The translations under genes and the position numbers were made by a program. From an uncultured bacterium (GTDB taxonomy: Bacteria; CSSED10-310), in NCBI GenBank assembly GCA_964512995.1, contig CAZELM010000002.1, positions 112,314 to 176,313 on the forward strand: a stretch of 64,000 nt of DNA, given 5' to 3'. The notes below the pieces were generated by a model. It saw nothing but the letters and a program-made list of their open reading frames with translations. It ran no database searches and was not told the DNA's origin. Of this stretch, positions 28,362 through 37,709 are shown piece after piece (within the stretch, counting starts at the first letter, position 1; each line of letters begins with the position of its first letter).

Positions 28362-30872
28362 TTGTTTAAGGAGAACGATATGAGCGATTCGAGATCAGAG
28401 GACAACAAAGACAAATCAAAACCAAATGCCTCTGAAATGACAGACGAAAACGCAACACAAACGAAGCAACCCATACCGGATGAACTTCCAATACTCCCGC
28501 TCAGAGGAACGGTCATTTACCCTACCATGGTCATTCCTCTGCTTGTCGCTCGCGAGAAGTCCATCCAGATGATCAATGAAGTGCTCGAGAGCGATCGATT
28601 GATTGGATTGGTCGCTCAAAAAAATCCGGAAGATGAAGAGCCGAATGTCGAAGATATTTATCGTGTCGGCGTGGCTGCACAGATCATCAAGATGATCAAG
28701 ATGCCGGATGATTCCATCCGGATCATGATTGAAGCCATCTGCCGCGTCAAGGTGACACGGTTCACCGCAACCGAACCTTATTTCAAAGCGGCAGTCGAAA
28801 CAGTGAAGGAGATCACCCGCATTGGAATCCGCACGGATGCGCTCACTCGGAACGTCAAAGCCATATTCAAATCAATCATCAATAACTCCCCGTCTCTGCC
28901 GAGAGAACTCAATCTGATTATTCAAAACATCAGTGAGCCGGGGAAGCTGGCCGATATTATCGCTCCGAGTTTAAGTCTCAGTCTTCAGGAGCGTCAGGAA
29001 ATTCTCGAAATTTTCAATGTGAACAAACGGCTGGAGCGTCTGCATTTTCTGTTGAATCGGGAAAAAGAAATACAGGAGCTTGGAAATAAAATCCAGTCAG
29101 AGATCAAGGATGAGATGGATAAGTCCCAGAAGGAGTATTTCCTTCGGCAACAGATGAAAGCCTTGCAGAAAGAACTGGGAGAAGGCGATGAACGGACCGT
29201 GGAGATTGAGGAACTGGCTGCGCGGATCGAAAAAGCCAACCTGCCGGAGGAAGCCAAAAAAGCATCATTGAAGGAGTTGGACCGATTGAAACGAATGCCA
29301 CCGGCCGCAGCCGAATATACGGTTTCCCGCACCTATCTGGACTGGATTCTGGAACTGCCATGGTCGGAGTCAACAACAGATAATCTTCAGACCAAAAATG
29401 TGCAAAAAATCCTGGACGAAGACCATTTTGGGCTCGAAAAAATCAAAAAACGTATCGTGGAATATATTGCAGTCCGGCATTTGAAAAAAGACCTGAAAGG
29501 TCCCATCTTATGCTTCGTCGGCCCTCCCGGAACAGGCAAAACATCCCTGGGCCGATCCATCGCTCGAGCCATGGATCGGAAATTTCATCGAATTTCAGTT
29601 GGTGGCGTGCGAGATGAAGCTGAAATCCGTGGGCATCGTCGAACATACATCGGCGCTCTCCCGGGCCGCATCATCCAGGGCATCCGAAAAGCAGGCTCCA
29701 ATAATCCCATCTTCATGCTGGATGAGGTTGATAAAATTGGAATGGATTTCCGCGGCGATCCGGCTTCCGCTTTGCTGGAAGTTCTGGATCCGGAGCAGAA
29801 TTACTCTTTCTCCGACCACTACATCGATGTTCCTTTCGATCTTTCAAAAGTCATGTTCATCACGACCGCCAACATTCTGGAGACGATCCCACCGGCACTG
29901 CGGGACCGGATGGAAGTATTGTCATTATCGGGTTACACTATTGAAGAAAAAATCGAAATCGCCAAACAACACCTGATTCCCCGACAATTGAACGAACATG
30001 GGCTGACGAAGAAGCATCTACGATTTCAACTGACCGCATTGCGTCAGATCATTCAGCAATATACACTTGAAGCCGGTGTCCGGAATCTGGAACGAGAGAT
30101 TTCCGCCATCTGCAGAGCCATTGCCCGGGAGGTTGTGGAAGGCAGGACCACCCCGGCATTGATCACGCCACGTAACCTCCATGACTATCTGGGACCCATC
30201 AAATTCTTTTCTGATCTTGAAAGCCGTACACGTGAACCCGGTGTCGCCATCGGTCTGGCATACACGCCACAGGGAGGCGATACATTATTTATAGAGGTCT
30301 CCAAAATGCCCGGGAAAAAGACTCTGCTCCTGACAGGGAAACTGGGAGAGGTGATGAAGGAATCCGCTCAGGCTGCTCTCTCCTATATCCGATCATCGGC
30401 CGCTAAATATCAAATTGATCCGAATTTTTTCGAAAACGCCGACATCCACATTCACGTCCCTGAAGGAGCAGTTCCCAAAGATGGACCGTCTGCTGGAATC
30501 ACCATCATCTGCGCTCTGGTGTCTTTACTCACACGGAAAAAGCTGATTGACCGCATCGCCATGACTGGCGAAATCACTCTCAGAGGAAATGTTCTTCCCG
30601 TTGGTGGGATCAAAGAAAAAACACTGGCAGCGTATCGATCCGGTATCCGGACAGTCCTGCTCCCCAAACGAAATGAAAAAGATCTCATCGATGTTCCAAC
30701 CTACGTCCGGGAAAAACTGTCATTCAAATTCATATCGACTGTTGACGAAGCCCTGGATTATGCTTTGGAGAAACACACGTACAATGGCGAACCCACACAC
30801 CATATGATTCCAGACGCAGCACCTGCAGAGGAAACGGAAGATGATCAGGATCTGGAGATCGATACCAATTAA
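28362..30872 (+). CDS. lon: ATP-dependent Lon protease
   Basis: LonN domain, AAA+ P-loop GPPGTGKTSLGRSIA, and protease catalytic motif DGPSAGITIICALVS. Confidence 0.9.
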   Translation: MFKENDMSDSRSEDNKDKSKPNASEMTDENATQTKQPIPDELPILPLRGTVIYPTMVIPLLVAREKSIQMINEVLESDRLIGLVAQKNPEDEEPNVEDIYRVGVAAQIIKMIKMPDDSIRIMIEAICRVKVTRFTATEPYFKAAVETVKEITRIGIRTDALTRNVKAIFKSIINNSPSLPRELNLIIQNISEPGKLADIIAPSLSLSLQERQEILEIFNVNKRLERLHFLLNREKEIQELGNKIQSEIKDEMDKSQKEYFLRQQMKALQKELGEGDERTVEIEELAARIEKANLPEEAKKASLKELDRLKRMPPAAAEYTVSRTYLDWILELPWSESTTDNLQTKNVQKILDEDHFGLEKIKKRIVEYIAVRHLKKDLKGPILCFVGPPGTGKTSLGRSIARAMDRKFHRISVGGVRDEAEIRGHRRTYIGALPGRIIQGIRKAGSNNPIFMLDEVDKIGMDFRGDPASALLEVLDPEQNYSFSDHYIDVPFDLSKVMFITTANILETIPPALRDRMEVLSLSGYTIEEKIEIAKQHLIPRQLNEHGLTKKHLRFQLTALRQIIQQYTLEAGVRNLEREISAICRAIAREVVEGRTTPALITPRNLHDYLGPIKFFSDLESRTREPGVAIGLAYTPQGGDTLFIEVSKMPGKKTLLLTGKLGEVMKESAQAALSYIRSSAAKYQIDPNFFENADIHIHVPEGAVPKDGPSAGITIICALVSLLTRKKLIDRIAMTGEITLRGNVLPVGGIKEKTLAAYRSGIRTVLLPKRNEKDLIDVPTYVREKLSFKFISTVDEALDYALEKHTYNGEPTHHMIPDAAPAEETEDDQDLEIDTN

Positions 30873-31768
30873 ACGCTCACCAGTTTTCTGAAAACCTGAT
30901 ATCTCTCTTCAATCATCGCGGGAGTCAGGGCGGTCAAAGCCCATGGGCCAAAGCTCGTAATGTTGAACGAGGCCATGACGGATCCATAGACCATCGCCTT
31001 TTTCAGCGAAGTGGGTGTCAGTGTGTTTTCTCGTGCGAGCGCTCCCATGAAACCTCCTGCAAACGAATCACCCGCGCCCGTTGGATCGACCACTTTCTCC
31101 TCGGGATACCCCGGAACATAAAACCATTCATTATCATGGAACAGAACCGCACCGTATTCCCCTCTTTTAATGACAAGAGATTTCGGACCGAGTGTCTGGA
31201 CGATTCCAGCCGCACGAGGGATATTGGATTTTCCGGTAAGCAGCCGCAACTCCCCTTCGTTTATGATCAACAGATCGATCTTTTTCAATGTTTCGAGAAG
31301 CGCATCATGAGAGCCTTGAATCCAGAAGTTCATGGTATCCAGAGCGATCAGTTGAGAGTTATTTACCTGGGACAACACCTGGGTTTGTAAAGAAGGGTCG
31401 ATGTTACCCAGAAAAATCCATTCTGTTGTCCGGTATTCGTCAGGAATAACCGGTTTGAAGCCCTCAAATACATTCAGATGGGTATGTAACGTTTCCGCTT
31501 CATTCATTGATCCATGATATCGACCGGACCACCGAAACGTCTCCCCTTCCTTGACCTGTAATCCTTGCAAGTCGATTCCACGGGATTCAAATACCCGGCA
31601 ATACTCCTCAGGGAAGTCCTGTCCCACAACCGCCACAAGCCGTACCGGTGCAAAATGGGATGCGGCCAGTGAAAAATAAGTTGCCGACCCTCCCAACATT
31701 TCATCTTTTTGATCCCAAGGGGTTTTTACACTATCCAATGCAATGGAACCCACGATTAGAACTGACAT
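30869..31768 (-). CDS. PfkB-family carbohydrate/nucleoside kinase
   Basis: C-terminal PfkB signature DPTGAGDSFAGGFMGAL and a ribokinase-like fold. Confidence 0.75.
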   Translation of the reverse strand: MSVLIVGSIALDSVKTPWDQKDEMLGGSATYFSLAASHFAPVRLVAVVGQDFPEEYCRVFESRGIDLQGLQVKEGETFRWSGRYHGSMNEAETLHTHLNVFEGFKPVIPDEYRTTEWIFLGNIDPSLQTQVLSQVNNSQLIALDTMNFWIQGSHDALLETLKKIDLLIINEGELRLLTGKSNIPRAAGIVQTLGPKSLVIKRGEYGAVLFHDNEWFYVPGYPEEKVVDPTGAGDSFAGGFMGALARENTLTPTSLKKAMVYGSVMASFNITSFGPWALTALTPAMIEERYQVFRKLVSV

Positions 31769-31801
31769 CGCACACTCACTCCTTTCCGGATCTGGTCTGT
31801 T

Positions 31802-32641
31802 TTATCTCAAATAGTCCTGTAAATTCTGTTGAACCGCTTTTCGTCGCAATTTAGCAATCGCTTTCTGTTCAATCTGACGAATCCGTTCCCGTGTCAGGTT
31901 AAATTTATCCCCGATTTCCTGCAAACTCAATGAATCCCCATCAAAGCCAAAGTGAAGTTTCAGTATCTCCTTTTCCCGGTCATCCAAACACGTTAATAAC
32001 AGTTCCACATCATCGACAAACTCATCTTCTATCACTTGATGCTCGGCAAGTTTCGTGTTCTCATCCGGTATATCGATGACGGTGTTCCCACTCTCGTTTT
32101 CATCCGAAGGAATTTCAAGGGGAACGAGTGTTCGGGAAACAGAATAAAGGGTTTCAATCTCTTCTGGGGAGATTTGCAAATCCTGAGCGATTTCCGTGAG
32201 TGTTGGGGAACGGCCGAGTTTTTGAGTCAGGGACAGTGTTATTTTATTGATCGCATGCAGCATATTTTCTTGTTTGGGGGGAAGCCTGACCATCCGCGTT
32301 TTATTGGATATGGCATATAGGATAGCTTGCCGGATCCACCAAACCGCATAGGTAATGAATTTGACGCCTCGGTCATGTTTGAACCGCTTGGCCGCTTCAA
32401 TCAGTCCGATTGTCCCTTCATTGACGAGTTCCAGCAATGGCAAACCTGATTTCACATATTTTTTTGCAACGAGAATCACAAATTTGAGATTCGCTTTCAC
32501 AAGCTCCAGAATCGCCGCCTCATCGCCATTCTGAATCCGTTTCGCGATCTGTTTTTCCTGTTCTCTGTCAAATGTTGGATATTTATTGATTTCTTCAAGA
32601 TGCTTATTACGATGGAGTTCCGAATTGGACATATGGATCAA
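31802..32641 (-). CDS. RNA polymerase sigma factor, sigma-70 family (regions 2-4)
   Basis: Region 2.x FITYAVWWIRQAI and region 4 LSLQEIGDKFNLTRERIRQIEQKAIAKLR. Confidence 0.8.
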   Translation of the reverse strand: MIHMSNSELHRNKHLEEINKYPTFDREQEKQIAKRIQNGDEAAILELVKANLKFVILVAKKYVKSGLPLLELVNEGTIGLIEAAKRFKHDRGVKFITYAVWWIRQAILYAISNKTRMVRLPPKQENMLHAINKITLSLTQKLGRSPTLTEIAQDLQISPEEIETLYSVSRTLVPLEIPSDENESGNTVIDIPDENTKLAEHQVIEDEFVDDVELLLTCLDDREKEILKLHFGFDGDSLSLQEIGDKFNLTRERIRQIEQKAIAKLRRKAVQQNLQDYLR

Positions 32642-33060
32642 TCGTGCTCCCTGGAAGAATCCTCAGGCGTTCCGGTTTTTCTTAAATGAACGATTGTCTG
32701 TTTGGGAGCCCGGACGAGAAGAGTATCAAATCGTTTGGAAAGATCCCGGTCCTCTTTTGTGAGTTCCTCCCGGAGGAAATCGATCAATGATTGAAATTCT
32801 GTTTGCATCAGGTCGATCTGACTCCGAAGTTTCAGAATGATTTCGACGCCCGCAAGATTGACTCCCATATCTCGGGTGAGGGCAAGAATTTTCTTCATCT
32901 GACTGATGTCAGACTCCGAAAACAGCCGTGTGTTTCCTTGACTTCGGGAAGGTGTCAGGAGACCTAGTTTTTCATAAGTACGAATGGTCTGAGGATGAAT
33001 GCCCAGCATTTTGGAAATGATCGAGATCATGTATTTGGGTTCATTTATATCGTGATTCAT
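32638..33060 (-). CDS. MerR-family transcriptional regulator, HspR-like
   Basis: N-terminal HTH MISIISKMLGIHPQTIRTYEKLGLL. The stop overlaps the sigma factor start by 4 nt. Confidence 0.65.
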   Translation of the reverse strand: MNHDINEPKYMISIISKMLGIHPQTIRTYEKLGLLTPSRSQGNTRLFSESDISQMKKILALTRDMGVNLAGVEIILKLRSQIDLMQTEFQSLIDFLREELTKEDRDLSKRFDTLLVRAPKQTIVHLRKTGTPEDSSREHD

Positions 33061-33074
33061 CGCATGTCCTTTTA

Positions 33075-33494
33075 TTATTCTCCCATAATCTGACAGATGA
33101 TGCGTCGGGAGCGGGGTCGATTATCAAAATCAACTAAAACAATCTGCTGCCAGGTTCCCAAAAGCAGGCGTCTGTTCTTGAATGGTATCGTGAGAGAAGG
33201 TCCCAACAGAGCGGCTCGGACATGAGCATGCCCATTGTTATCATGCCATTTCAAATGATGATGATACGAATCGTGTTCGGGCACCAATCGTTCGAATACC
33301 TCAGACAAATCCTGAACTACTCCATCTTCATATTCAATCGTTGTCAATGCAGCGGTTGACCCCGGGACAAAGAGTGTGACAATCCCTTCTTCACGATCTG
33401 ATGAATCGAGGCGTTTAACGACATGATCGGTGATATCCTGGATATGCGTATTTCCTCTAGTAGCGATATCCATCATAAGTGTTTGGACTGTCAT
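33075..33494 (-). CDS. YjbQ/UPF0047 family protein (secondary thiamine-phosphate synthase-like)
   Basis: LFVPGSTAALTTIEYEDGV...HDNNGHAHVRAALLGPSLTIP signature. Confidence 0.8.
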   Translation of the reverse strand: MTVQTLMMDIATRGNTHIQDITDHVVKRLDSSDREEGIVTLFVPGSTAALTTIEYEDGVVQDLSEVFERLVPEHDSYHHHLKWHDNNGHAHVRAALLGPSLTIPFKNRRLLLGTWQQIVLVDFDNRPRSRRIICQIMGE

Positions 33495-33509
33495 GAATTC
33501 CGCCTTTTT

Positions 33510-34556
33510 CTAATTTCCGGGAGTGGTTTGTTTCGGGAACATCTCACCAAAAATACCCGATAGATCCATAAATTGATTGCTTTGATCACCGACTGGAATA
33601 CCCCATATCTTCAGGCTTTCGCTGAGTCGTTTCGCAAACTCCAGTTTCACAAGCAGATCGCCTCCGCCGATAGCTGTTGCCAATGCCCCTTGTACTTTGG
33701 CATTGGCTTGCCCAAGTGCTTCAACCCCTTCTGCTTCTTTGAGTTTTGCATAGAGTGCTGCATCTGATTCCATTTTGATCTTCTCCGCTTCACCTTCAGC
33801 CATCTGGATCATCGCCATTTTCTCACCCATGGCTTCTGCTTCCCGTTTTTTTGCCCATTCCACTGCTGCCAGATGTTGTTCGGACGCGATCCGTTTTTGT
33901 TCGATCGCAGCCTGGTACTCATCCGTGAACTCATACCTCCGGAATAAGACATCAATAATTTCAAGTCCCATTTCTCTGGTGCCATGTTGGCCTTCATAGC
34001 CATCATTAACGAGTTGCCGGATTTCTTGAGAAACCTTCTGACGTGTCTGGCCGTCATAGATTTCTTCTGCGGAGTATTCACCGAGCTTGTTATTGACCAA
34101 CGATCGGATCGTTGGCCGAATTACATTATCGATATAATCATGGCCATATTCCCGGTGAATCTTTGGAAGCTTTTCAAAGATCAGCCGATACCGGATGGAT
34201 ACATCGATCCAGGCCGTTTGCCCATCTTTTGTTTTGAAAGAAATATCATCTCTTCCGTGCTCCGATTCCTTAAACATATGGTATCGAAGTTCATTGACTT
34301 CATATTTGTCAACCTCAGAGAAATTCGGGATATGCACATAAAGACCGGGTTCCAATGGTTTGGATTTGATTCCTCTTTTAAACCATTCTGACTCTCCAAA
34401 ACCTCTGGAAAATCCGATCATGGACGTTCGAACACCGCCTTCTTGAGGTCCCACTTTTGCACATCCGATGATCATGATCATCATTATCCCGAGAATGATC
34501 GACTTCATCTGAATTTTCATCTTCCTGTCTCCATTTGGTAAGAATGCCCTCACCAA
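33510..34556 (-). CDS. SPFH/band-7 (prohibitin/HflC-like) lipoprotein
   Basis: Lipobox IIGC, an SPFH core (TKDGQTAWIDVSIRYRLI), and a C-terminal coiled coil. Confidence 0.7.
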   Translation of the reverse strand: MVRAFLPNGDRKMKIQMKSIILGIMMIMIIGCAKVGPQEGGVRTSMIGFSRGFGESEWFKRGIKSKPLEPGLYVHIPNFSEVDKYEVNELRYHMFKESEHGRDDISFKTKDGQTAWIDVSIRYRLIFEKLPKIHREYGHDYIDNVIRPTIRSLVNNKLGEYSAEEIYDGQTRQKVSQEIRQLVNDGYEGQHGTREMGLEIIDVLFRRYEFTDEYQAAIEQKRIASEQHLAAVEWAKKREAEAMGEKMAMIQMAEGEAEKIKMESDAALYAKLKEAEGVEALGQANAKVQGALATAIGGGDLLVKLEFAKRLSESLKIWGIPVGDQSNQFMDLSGIFGEMFPKQTTPGN

Positions 34557-35780
34557 TCATATTCCGGTATCGGTTGGGATCGGAAAAACACATCCATCCG
34601 CAAAGTTATCTGGATAACCCTCTATTTTTATATCATCTGGTGTTGCCCACTGCAGATCTGGTCCCTTGCTGATCAGAATGAATCCTTCGGTTGTTGTCCC
34701 GTTTTTGGTTGGACTATAATAGAATCGATACCCCCAGGAATCAAATAAATCCCGTTCACGTAAATAACCACGATCCACCAATTCAATAACCGAGGCAGGA
34801 AACTTCATATTGAAAAGCTCATATGTTGCTAAAGCGAATTGGATGTTATGCATTTTATGCCGTGTGATCATTGAGGCTTCCTGTAAACTCATTCGTGGAG
34901 ATAGCTCCGGAAAAATCCTGGGTTGTGCCATTTTGACAATGATCAGCGATAACAGAACGATCAGGGGGATTGTCAGATAGTTCGATATCCTGGTCATATG
35001 TCGGACGAGGGTGGAACGGATCGGATTGCTCGCATTCCTGTGATCTTTAGGGATTTCAAAGCGGATCAGACCCAGTTCTTCCAGGTCGATCAATGATGAC
35101 AGGGTGGTCCACTCGAACTGATGGCATGTATCACAAATATCCCGCACATTTCGTGCGCCATCGATCCTTCGGTAAACCTCTTCCTGACTGGAGGACAATC
35201 TCTTCTTACTAGATTTCCCAGCAGGATCATGTGCGATAGTTTTTTCCGCGATTATAATGGGAACCGCAGCGATACTTGGAATGCGGTGTCTCAGCCAATC
35301 CAGGCTTCTAATAATGCTCTCCCCTTTTTCCAGGAATCCACTGATATCGATACGTGTGGAATCATGATCCAGCAAAATCGTTTGCTCTTGCCGAAAATGA
35401 TAGGATCCTTTGGTCCAGATGATACATTGGAACAGGTGAAGCAGCATTTGATCTTCAAGAGTATCACGAAGCTGATTGATGTTGATCAGTCCCTCCTCCC
35501 TTGCCAACACACCCAGCTTTTTCAGTTCTGATGACTGGCGGACGAGTAGTTTCTCCAATTGTTCATTCGTCACCAGATTCCGTTTGATGAATAGTTGTCC
35601 GAGCCGTATTCCGTCACGTGGGTAATGGGATTCAACCTGAGCGAGGTATCCTGCAATAAAGGTCATGACCAATGTATCAGATACAGATGAAACGGTCAGA
35701 TAGCCTGTGACCTTATTGCGTACCAGGCGAGACAGAATTTTATAAATCGGTCTCTCGGATAAACTGCCTTCCACTACCAC
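34557..35780 (-). CDS. DUF4388-like N-terminal domain protein with one TM segment and a GspG/pseudopilin-like C-terminal domain
   Basis: The N-terminus IYKILSRLVRNKVTGYLTV...LGQLFIKRNLVTNEQLEKLL resembles DUF4388. A TM helix lies at about residue 260. The C-terminus DSWGYRFYYSPTKNG...ILISKGPD resembles the GspG C-terminal fold. Confidence 0.4.
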   Translation of the reverse strand: MVVEGSLSERPIYKILSRLVRNKVTGYLTVSSVSDTLVMTFIAGYLAQVESHYPRDGIRLGQLFIKRNLVTNEQLEKLLVRQSSELKKLGVLAREEGLININQLRDTLEDQMLLHLFQCIIWTKGSYHFRQEQTILLDHDSTRIDISGFLEKGESIIRSLDWLRHRIPSIAAVPIIIAEKTIAHDPAGKSSKKRLSSSQEEVYRRIDGARNVRDICDTCHQFEWTTLSSLIDLEELGLIRFEIPKDHRNASNPIRSTLVRHMTRISNYLTIPLIVLLSLIIVKMAQPRIFPELSPRMSLQEASMITRHKMHNIQFALATYELFNMKFPASVIELVDRGYLRERDLFDSWGYRFYYSPTKNGTTTEGFILISKGPDLQWATPDDIKIEGYPDNFADGCVFPIPTDTGI

Positions 35781-37685
35781 TTAAAACTCACTTCCCTTAT
35801 AGGCGAGAAAAAGCGACAATACATACAAAAATCCAAGCAATAGAAACAGAACAAATGGACCAAACAGCCATCCGATGGATGGAACATTCCATGGAAACGA
35901 AAATCGACTCCCTTCCGACAACAATATGCAGATCAAAAAAGACCAGAAAAAAACGATACTGCTCCCACGAAAATAACGGCCATGAAACAACTCGCTCGAT
36001 CCAGGAAATATAAACGACAAATAGAGCCCTTTGATCCAGGTTCGCCGGTTCCGGCGTTCGATCTCCCGCAGCATCTGCTCACGTTCTTTGATACTGATAT
36101 TGCCCTTCTTGATGAACAGGAGCCCACAGTATGGGCAGTATTTGTCAGGGGCTTCCACCTTTTGGCACTTTGGACAGGTCGGTTCTCCACACATGATGCA
36201 GAACTTACTCAGTTTACCATATCCTCGGAGACAGTGAATCAGAAGCAGAAACCCAACAATGGTTGACATCACGATTACTGCTCCCATCGTACTCAATCCT
36301 GGTCCCAGTCGAATCCAATATTTCTCATGAATACGCAACAAGGAGTCAGCAATCCGCTTCAAATCCTGATAAATCCAGCTATTGGGTATTGAACAATCGA
36401 TCATACTTGGCTGAAGCGTGGCATTATAATTATCCGTTTCCTGTGTTACCCGTTCCGGATCGATCTGGGTTGCTCTATCCAGCATATCGGTCGCTTTCTG
36501 GAATTGAAACTGCTGAAGATAGGCTTTGGATAGATTCAGATAGATGATTGCATTCTCCGGATTCGCCTGTGCTGCCATCAGGTATTCCCGAATCGCATCA
36601 TCCATTCGGTTCAAAAGATAATAGAGATTTCCAAGATTGACATGCCCGGAGTCATCCATCGGTTCCAAACGGGTATATTCGAGGTATTCTGCAACGGCAG
36701 CATCGTACAGACCGCCTCGTTTATACTGAAGACCGGAGATAAAATGTCGGCGTATGCTGAGCAATGAATCATTGTCGGAATTAGGGTATAATTTAAGCCG
36801 ATTCACTGCAGATTCACAATATCCGCCCTGTTTTAAATAGAGCAATGATTGAAAATAGGGATCGTGATAGGCTTTGAAAATCGTAATACGAATGAAGTTC
36901 AAAGGAATGACTAGGAAGGTCAATAAAAGAAATATCCAAAGAATCCGCAATTCTCCTTTATGAAGAAACAGATAAAAAAGGATGATCCACCAGAACATGG
37001 ACCATATCAAACCGAGACCGATCAGGATTGGAAGCGCAAGAACCAGAGCCGTGATCACCAATGGGACATACGGTGGCAGTCCATATGGAATCCGCTCTTT
37101 GAATTCATGAATCCATAACGAAGAATACTTCATGATAACCGTGATCAGAATCACAAGAAGACACGCGGGAAACACCAGAATGAAAACTGCCGATAAATCC
37201 CCGATCAATAAAAGCAAAGTCCAATGATCACTGAGTGCATGCAGATAGGTCTGAGCGAATTGTGGAATCGAGCGGACAAATGCAGGGATTCCCATCCGAA
37301 ACGATGCGATGAGCAAGCCACGTGCTGCCGGAATAAATCCCGGATCCATGTCCAATGCTGCTCGAAAAGACCAGACCGCGGATTCATATCGGCCAACCGC
37401 CAATAATTCCTGGCCTTTCACGGAGTATGCTGCAGATAGCAGAGGGGAACTATCCATCCCCTTCTCTTTAAGAAGCGTCAGGAGGGTATTCTTTGCAGTA
37501 ACACGTTGGCCGGTATTGGCCAAGGGATCATCCAATGTGGTGATCTGGTTTTGCCATGCTTCTGCAATCGGACTGGAAAAACGAGCCAACTCTTCATCTG
37601 AAGCAGATGATACAGCACTCCATAAAAAAAACAGGCTCACGAAAAAATATATACAGAAACGATGATTCATATTGATTACATGCAC
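35781..37685 (-). CDS. TPR-repeat multi-TM membrane protein with a cytoplasmic zinc-ribbon (CxxC...CxxC)
   Basis: Signal peptide, TPR units (GLYDAAVAEYLEYTRLEPMD, NLGNLYYLLNRMDDAIREY), 6 or more TM helices, and CIMCGEPTCPKC...CPYCG. Confidence 0.55.
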   Translation of the reverse strand: MHVINMNHRFCIYFFVSLFFLWSAVSSASDEELARFSSPIAEAWQNQITTLDDPLANTGQRVTAKNTLLTLLKEKGMDSSPLLSAAYSVKGQELLAVGRYESAVWSFRAALDMDPGFIPAARGLLIASFRMGIPAFVRSIPQFAQTYLHALSDHWTLLLLIGDLSAVFILVFPACLLVILITVIMKYSSLWIHEFKERIPYGLPPYVPLVITALVLALPILIGLGLIWSMFWWIILFYLFLHKGELRILWIFLLLTFLVIPLNFIRITIFKAYHDPYFQSLLYLKQGGYCESAVNRLKLYPNSDNDSLLSIRRHFISGLQYKRGGLYDAAVAEYLEYTRLEPMDDSGHVNLGNLYYLLNRMDDAIREYLMAAQANPENAIIYLNLSKAYLQQFQFQKATDMLDRATQIDPERVTQETDNYNATLQPSMIDCSIPNSWIYQDLKRIADSLLRIHEKYWIRLGPGLSTMGAVIVMSTIVGFLLLIHCLRGYGKLSKFCIMCGEPTCPKCQKVEAPDKYCPYCGLLFIKKGNISIKEREQMLREIERRNRRTWIKGLYLSFIFPGSSELFHGRYFRGSSIVFFWSFLICILLSEGSRFSFPWNVPSIGWLFGPFVLFLLLGFLYVLSLFLAYKGSEF

Positions 37686-37709
37686 TTAAACAGACAGTTA
37701 ACAAATTAA

